Part shown: one piece after another, positions 22,963 to 27,765 of the stretch
Position numbering within the stretch: the first letter of the stretch is position 1
How the letters are laid out: the number at the start of each line of letters is the position of its first letter
IMG/VR virus record: IMGVR_UViG_3300048856_000145
Span: 1-27,765 of that record
Length of the DNA: 27,765 nucleotides
Direction: 5' to 3' (one strand)
DNA from: a virus
Taxonomy: Duplodnaviria > Caudoviricetes
The notes under the pieces: generated by a model
Database searches by the model: none
What the model was told of the DNA's origin: nothing
What the model saw: only the letters and a program-made list of their open reading frames with translations
Position numbers and translations under genes: made by a program

Positions 22963-25900
22963 GTGGCCAACCCCCGTGACGTCAACGTGCGGGCGTCGCT
23001 CGACCCGTCGAGGTACGAGGCGGGCGCCGAGCGCGTCACGTTCCAGACCAAGCAGATGCTGCGCGAGCAGGAGGCTGCAGACCGCAAGTGGCGGTCGATG
23101 CAGGCCGCGCACCAGGCTGCGCTGGACGAGGAGGGCCGCCGGCAGGCCAAGGCCGCCCAGGCCGTGCAGGAGGCTGAGGAGAAGCGCGCCCAGGCCATGG
23201 AGCGCACCGGCCAGGCGGCCGCCGTCATGGGCGGCGCGATCCTGGCCGGCCTCGGCATGTCGGCCCGCGTGGCGATCTCCTGGGAGTCAGCGTGGGCGGG
23301 CGTCACCAAGACCGTCGACGCCACGCCCGAGGAGCTCGCGGCCGTCGAGGAGGGGCTTCGCAGCCTCGCCAAGACGCTGCCGGCCTCGCACGAGGAGATC
23401 GCGGCCGTCGCCGAGGCCGCCGGCCAGCTGGGCGTGCAGTCTGGCGCGATCGTCGGCTTCACCAAGACGATGATCGACCTCGGCGAGACCACGAACCTGT
23501 CCGCCGACGAGGCGGCCACGTCGATCGCGCAGATGGCCAACGTGATGGACGCCAGCCTGCTGCAGTCCGGCGACGGCGTGCAGCGGCTCGGGGCCACCCT
23601 GGTCGCGCTCGGCAACGCCGGCGCGTCCACCGAGGCCGACATAATGGCCACCGCCCAGCGGATCTCCGGTGCGGGCAAGCTCGTCGGCGCCACGTCCGCC
23701 GAGGTCATGGCGCTTGCCTCGGCTCTGACGAGCATGGGCATCACCGCCGAGCTCGGCGGTGGCGTCGCGTCCCGCGTGCTGCAGGACATCTACTCCGCCG
23801 TGGAGGACGGTGGCGAGAAGCTCGACGCCTTCGCGAGCGTGGCCGGTGTCAGCGCCGAGCAGTTCGCCCAGGCCTTCCGCGAGGACCCGGTCCGCGCCCT
23901 CGGCCTGTTCACCACCGGCCTCAACGGCGTCGAGGCCTCCGGCGGCAACGTCGTCAAGACGCTGTCCCAGCTGGGCTTCAAGTCGTCCGAGGAGCAGCGC
24001 GTCCTGCTGCAGCTCAAGGGCGCCAACGACCTGCTGGTCGACTCCCTCGACCTGGCCAACGAGGCCTGGGACGACAACACCGCGCTGATCGACGAGGCCA
24101 ACAAGCGCTACGCCTCCACCGAGGCTCAGGTCGAGATCGCCCGCAACGCGCTCAACGACGCGGCGATCGACATCGGCGCCTCGTTCCTGCCAGTGATCGC
24201 CGGCGCGGCCGAGAACGTCGCCGACCTGGCGCAGTGGTTCGCCGACCTGCCCGCCTGGGCGCAGGGCACCATCACCGCCCTGGGCACCATCGCGGGCGTG
24301 ACGGCGGGCGCCGGCGGGGCGCTGCTGCTCCTGACGCCCCGCGCCAAGGAGACGTGGACCGTCCTGCGCGAGGGCGGGCTCATCAGCGATGGACTCGCCA
24401 CCAAGCTGCAGCGCGTGGCCCGGACAGCCACCCGCGTCGGCGTGGCCGCCGGCGGGATCATCACCCTCGGCACGGCGCTGGCCCAGCTCGCCGAGGCCTC
24501 CTACATGGAGCGGATCGACACCGGCATGGGCCGGGTGGCCAAGGCCGTCATCGAGGCGGACTCGGCCGCGAACGCCGCCTCGCTCGACGACCTATTCCGG
24601 GACCGCAACGGCGACCCGCTCATCAACAACGTCGACGACCTCGACTCCGCCCTGCGGCGCACCTTCGACCGGACCTGGGACGAGTCGTTCAACGACTGGG
24701 GCTCGGGGATCATCAACACGATCACCGGCATCGAGGGCTCCACCCAGATCCTCGAGAGCGCCTGGGGCCGCTGGGACCAGCAGCTGTCCGACCTCGTCAA
24801 CGGCGGCAACGCCGACATGGCCGCCGAGAGCTTCGACATCCTCGCCTCGCGTGCCGAGGACCTGGGCATCAGCACCGACGAGCTCAACGACCTCTTCCCG
24901 CTGTACGAGGACGCGCTCGCCGGCGCCGACGCCCAGCAGGCCACGACCGCGACGTCCGCCGAGGCGCTCGCGGCCGGGGTCGGCGAGGTGGCGCCGGCGA
25001 CCGAAGAGGCCTCCGAGGCGCTCGAGGACTGGCGGGACATGGTCTCGGACGCCTACCAGTCGTTCATCGACCTCGGCGGCGCCTACCAGGGCGTCATCGA
25101 CAAGAACCGGGAGCTGGCTGAGCGCACCGCGGAGGACACCGAGTCGGCGGAGGACTCGTGGACGGACTACTACGACGGCGTGTCGGTGAGCGCATCCGAC
25201 TACATCGGACAGCTCGAGGCACAGGTCGAGGCGCAGGAAGCCTGGGCCACCAACATGTCGGAGATCTCCGGGCGGCTCGCGGAGAAGATGCCTGCGGACA
25301 TGCAGGGCGCCGCGCAGGCGATGATCGACGAGCTGGTGGAGCTTGGCCCCGAGGGCGCCGCGCAGGTCCAGCTGCTGCACGACATGTCGGACGAGGAGCT
25401 GGCGAAGGTCGTCGAGCTGTACGACCGCAAGGGTGCAGCCTCCGCGGGGGCGTTCGTGTCCGAGGTGGAGTCGCACCGCGACCCGATCCTCGACGTGCAG
25501 GACGACGCCTCGGAGAAGATCGCCGCCGTCCGCGAGCAGCTGCTGAAGCTGCCAGACGAGACGACGATCAAGGTCACCACCGACACGCGGGTGACAGGCC
25601 CCGGCATGACGACCGGTGGCCTGCCGTGGGGTGACGGCGAGGGCGCGGGCTGGACCGGCAAGCTGCCGCGCGGCGTGGCTCAGATGTCGCAGGCCGTGAA
25701 GTCGATGGACCCGCTTGCACGGATCACGTCCGGCTACCGGCCGGGCGCGATTACGGCCACCGGCTACCCCTCCTACCACGGCATGGGTCGGGCTATCGAC
25801 ATCGTCTCGCCGAACATGGGCCGCACCTGGGACATCTTGCGGCGTGCGTTCGGCACCCAGGCCAAGGAGCTGTACTACACGCCGCGTGGGTTCATCCGCA

Positions 25901-26472
25901 ACGGCCGGCTCACTACCGACGTTGCACCGGTCACCCGCCAGACGCACTACTCGCACGTGCACCTGGCGCTGGCCTCCGGCGGCCGCCTGCCGGGTCGCCC
26001 CCCGGCGAACCCTCGCGAGGACAACCTCCTCGGTGTGGACGAGCACGGGATGCCGTTGGCGCGGGTGCGATCGCGCGAGTGGGTCATCAGCCAGCCCGCC
26101 TCGGACTACTACGGCGACCGGCTCATGTCCGCCATCAACGAGCGGCGAATCCCCAAGCAGCTGCTACAGCAGCAGCTGCCACGGCTCGCCGGCGGCGGCG
26201 TGACCGCACCAGAACGGCTCACACCCCCGTCTGCCCCGTCCCTCGACCCCAGCGTCTCCCGCGCCCTCGCAGCATCGGCGACGCCCGTCCAGGTACAGGC
26301 GAACGTCACCGACGTCGTGGCCCGCATGGACCCGAGCGACTTCCGGGCGCTCGCGGCCGACCTCGTCCGCGTTGCGGACGCGATCGCGTCGGGCGCCTCG
26401 TCGCGCTCCATCAACCAGGTGCTGCAGGCCAAGCGCGGAGCCGATCGCGGAGGGAAGTATGGCAACGGATGA
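22963..26472 (+). CDS. Tape measure protein (TP901-like core) with C-terminal peptidase M15-like motif
   Basis: 1169 aa, Ala-rich and helical; WESAWAGVTKTV...AEAAGQLG...LGN..ASTEADI core; ITSGYR...SYHGMGRAIDI...HVH. Confidence 0.95.
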   Translation: MANPRDVNVRASLDPSRYEAGAERVTFQTKQMLREQEAADRKWRSMQAAHQAALDEEGRRQAKAAQAVQEAEEKRAQAMERTGQAAAVMGGAILAGLGMSARVAISWESAWAGVTKTVDATPEELAAVEEGLRSLAKTLPASHEEIAAVAEAAGQLGVQSGAIVGFTKTMIDLGETTNLSADEAATSIAQMANVMDASLLQSGDGVQRLGATLVALGNAGASTEADIMATAQRISGAGKLVGATSAEVMALASALTSMGITAELGGGVASRVLQDIYSAVEDGGEKLDAFASVAGVSAEQFAQAFREDPVRALGLFTTGLNGVEASGGNVVKTLSQLGFKSSEEQRVLLQLKGANDLLVDSLDLANEAWDDNTALIDEANKRYASTEAQVEIARNALNDAAIDIGASFLPVIAGAAENVADLAQWFADLPAWAQGTITALGTIAGVTAGAGGALLLLTPRAKETWTVLREGGLISDGLATKLQRVARTATRVGVAAGGIITLGTALAQLAEASYMERIDTGMGRVAKAVIEADSAANAASLDDLFRDRNGDPLINNVDDLDSALRRTFDRTWDESFNDWGSGIINTITGIEGSTQILESAWGRWDQQLSDLVNGGNADMAAESFDILASRAEDLGISTDELNDLFPLYEDALAGADAQQATTATSAEALAAGVGEVAPATEEASEALEDWRDMVSDAYQSFIDLGGAYQGVIDKNRELAERTAEDTESAEDSWTDYYDGVSVSASDYIGQLEAQVEAQEAWATNMSEISGRLAEKMPADMQGAAQAMIDELVELGPEGAAQVQLLHDMSDEELAKVVELYDRKGAASAGAFVSEVESHRDPILDVQDDASEKIAAVREQLLKLPDETTIKVTTDTRVTGPGMTTGGLPWGDGEGAGWTGKLPRGVAQMSQAVKSMDPLARITSGYRPGAITATGYPSYHGMGRAIDIVSPNMGRTWDILRRAFGTQAKELYYTPRGFIRNGRLTTDVAPVTRQTHYSHVHLALASGGRLPGRPPANPREDNLLGVDEHGMPLARVRSREWVISQPASDYYGDRLMSAINERRIPKQLLQQQLPRLAGGGVTAPERLTPPSAPSLDPSVSRALAASATPVQVQANVTDVVARMDPSDFRALAADLVRVADAIASGASSRSINQVLQAKRGADRGGKYGNG

Positions 26473-27322
26473 CGTCGTCTCCCCCGAGTTCGAGCTCGGG
26501 GGCTACCGGATTGGTGGGCCCTCTGGCGAGTGGGACGTCGTCGAGTGGGACGCCGGCGAGCTGCAGCAGCAGGCCCAGGACGAGGTCCTTGACGGTCGGA
26601 CGTTGTTCGGCCGCGACACCGCGATCCCGCCGATATGGGTGCTGCAGCTGCGCGCCAATGCCTCCGACGAGCAGGGCGCCCAGACGCAGGCGGCCAACCT
26701 GGCCTCCGCGTGGCGCCCTGCTCAGCTCGAGATGCCGGGCGCCGACGTTGCCCTGCGGTATCGGTATCTGGGCCGGTGGCGCCGGATCTATGGCCGCCCC
26801 CGCCAGATTGGGGTCCCATCGACGGGCCCGCTGTCGTGGGCGGGTCGCTCCGAGGTGCCGGCTGCGTTCCAGCTGTCGGAGGCGCTGCACTTCGACGACG
26901 CCGAGCAGTCGGTGTCGTTGACGTCGATCCCGCCGACGGTGGGCGGGCTGGTGGCGCCGATCGTCGCGCCGATCACCACGGCGAAGAACAGCGAGGTGGC
27001 GGCCGGCTCGATCGCGGTCGGCGGCGACACCGAGACGCCGCTGCGGGTGGTCTTCCGCGGCCCGATCACGGACCCGTGGATGACCGTCGGCGGTGTCCGG
27101 ATCGCGCTGTCCGGCCGGATCGCCGCCGGCCAGACCGTCACCGTCGACGCCCGTGCCCGCACCGTGCTGCGGCAGGACGGCGGGTCGGTCGCAGGAATGC
27201 TCTCGCGCACCGCCCGCATGGGCCAGCTGCGCCTGCCGCCGGGCACCCACGCGGTGCGCTACGGCGGCACCGGAACCGCCCGGGCCACCGTGGCCTGGCG
27301 CAACGCGTGGAGGACGCTATGA
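26459..27322 (+). CDS. Distal tail (Dit)-like minor tail protein
   Basis: GGAGG RBS with ATG 26459; follows TMP; GGDTETP..V.FRGPITDP...TVTVDAR...LPPG...WRNAW. Confidence 0.8.
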   Translation: MATDDVVSPEFELGGYRIGGPSGEWDVVEWDAGELQQQAQDEVLDGRTLFGRDTAIPPIWVLQLRANASDEQGAQTQAANLASAWRPAQLEMPGADVALRYRYLGRWRRIYGRPRQIGVPSTGPLSWAGRSEVPAAFQLSEALHFDDAEQSVSLTSIPPTVGGLVAPIVAPITTAKNSEVAAGSIAVGGDTETPLRVVFRGPITDPWMTVGGVRIALSGRIAAGQTVTVDARARTVLRQDGGSVAGMLSRTARMGQLRLPPGTHAVRYGGTGTARATVAWRNAWRTL

Positions 27323-27765
27323 CGTTGAACAGCAAGCCGTGGCTCATCGGCGGCGGAGTCGAGCACCCCGTCGAGGTCGGGCGCGCCCTGGCGCACATGG
27401 CGACGATGGGCGCCTCGGGCGTCGGCACGCCGCGCTCGCTCAAGGTGGTCACGACCACGGTCCCGGGCAACAACATCCGGGTCAACGAGGGCATCGCGGT
27501 GGCGGCCTCGGCCTACGGCGGTGGGCTGCTGGAGTCGTACATCCTGTGGGGCGACAGCCACACCGACGTCGAGGTGACGCCGACCGGCTCCGGCGCGCGC
27601 TCCGACCTCGTGATCGCGCGCATCCGCGACCCGCAGCACGAGGGCACGTGGCCGGCCGACCCGCAGTCCGGCGACTACGCCTACATCGACATCATCGAGG
27701 GCGTGCCGGCGAACACCAACGGCACCCGTGGGCTGGGCCTGACCTACCCGTGCGTGGCGCTCGCT
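27319..27765 (+). CDS. Minor tail / upper baseplate-like protein, truncated by window end (missing from ORF track)
   Basis: GGAGG with ATGA overlap; MTLNSKPWLIGGGVEH...RSDLVIARIRDPQ...; open for 149 codons to the end. Confidence 0.8.
   Translation, partial: MTLNSKPWLIGGGVEHPVEVGRALAHMATMGASGVGTPRSLKVVTTTVPGNNIRVNEGIAVAASAYGGGLLESYILWGDSHTDVEVTPTGSGARSDLVIARIRDPQHEGTWPADPQSGDYAYIDIIEGVPANTNGTRGLGLTYPCVALA

Larger units (their letters stand above)
1..27765. mobile_element. Temperate siphovirus prophage (partial; integrase through minor tail genes, right end and att sites outside window)
   Basis: Canonical order: integrase, repressor/Cro switch, early/replication genes, HNH-TerS-TerL-portal-protease-MCP, neck, tail tube, chaperone, TMP, Dit. 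Confidence 0.97.

Noticed and set aside
1-27765. CRISPR array, DGR/retron, toxin-antitoxin or known defence cassette, lysis genes, att core
   Set aside because: No spaced direct repeats, reverse transcriptase or recognisable defence/lysis motifs seen; the window starts at the integrase stop and ends inside tail genes, so att and lysis functions probably lie outside

Overview
The window is the left ~28 kb of a temperate siphovirus prophage from a very high-GC bacterium, probably an actinobacterium (inferred from GC content, GC3-biased codons, GGAGG RBSs, leaderless promoters and gene families). Left to right it holds: (1) a minus-strand lysogeny operon of XRE-type repressor, ImmA/IrrE-type metalloprotease and large serine integrase; (2) a 96-bp divergent switch with three 14-bp palindromic operators and two apparently leaderless promoters; (3) about 22 tightly coupled early genes, including Cro-like, ParB-like, beta-clamp-like, MazG-like, VRR-NUC, GIY-YIG, replication initiator-like and many small or Zn-binding unknowns; (4) a highly structured early/late boundary at ~12950-13100; (5) an HK97-type packaging and head module (HNH, TerS, TerL, portal, protease, capsid); (6) neck and tail genes with a -1 frameshifted chaperone, a tape measure protein with a peptidase-M15-like motif, Dit and a truncated minor tail gene. 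No lysis genes, att site, tRNA or CRISPR array are visible. The most novel-looking signals are an 'LRAV' peptide shared by all three lysogeny proteins, a late promoter embedded in a 17-bp perfect inverted repeat, and a repeated bulged-A hairpin motif ahead of two late RBSs. All functional calls come from motif recognition by eye; no database searches were run.
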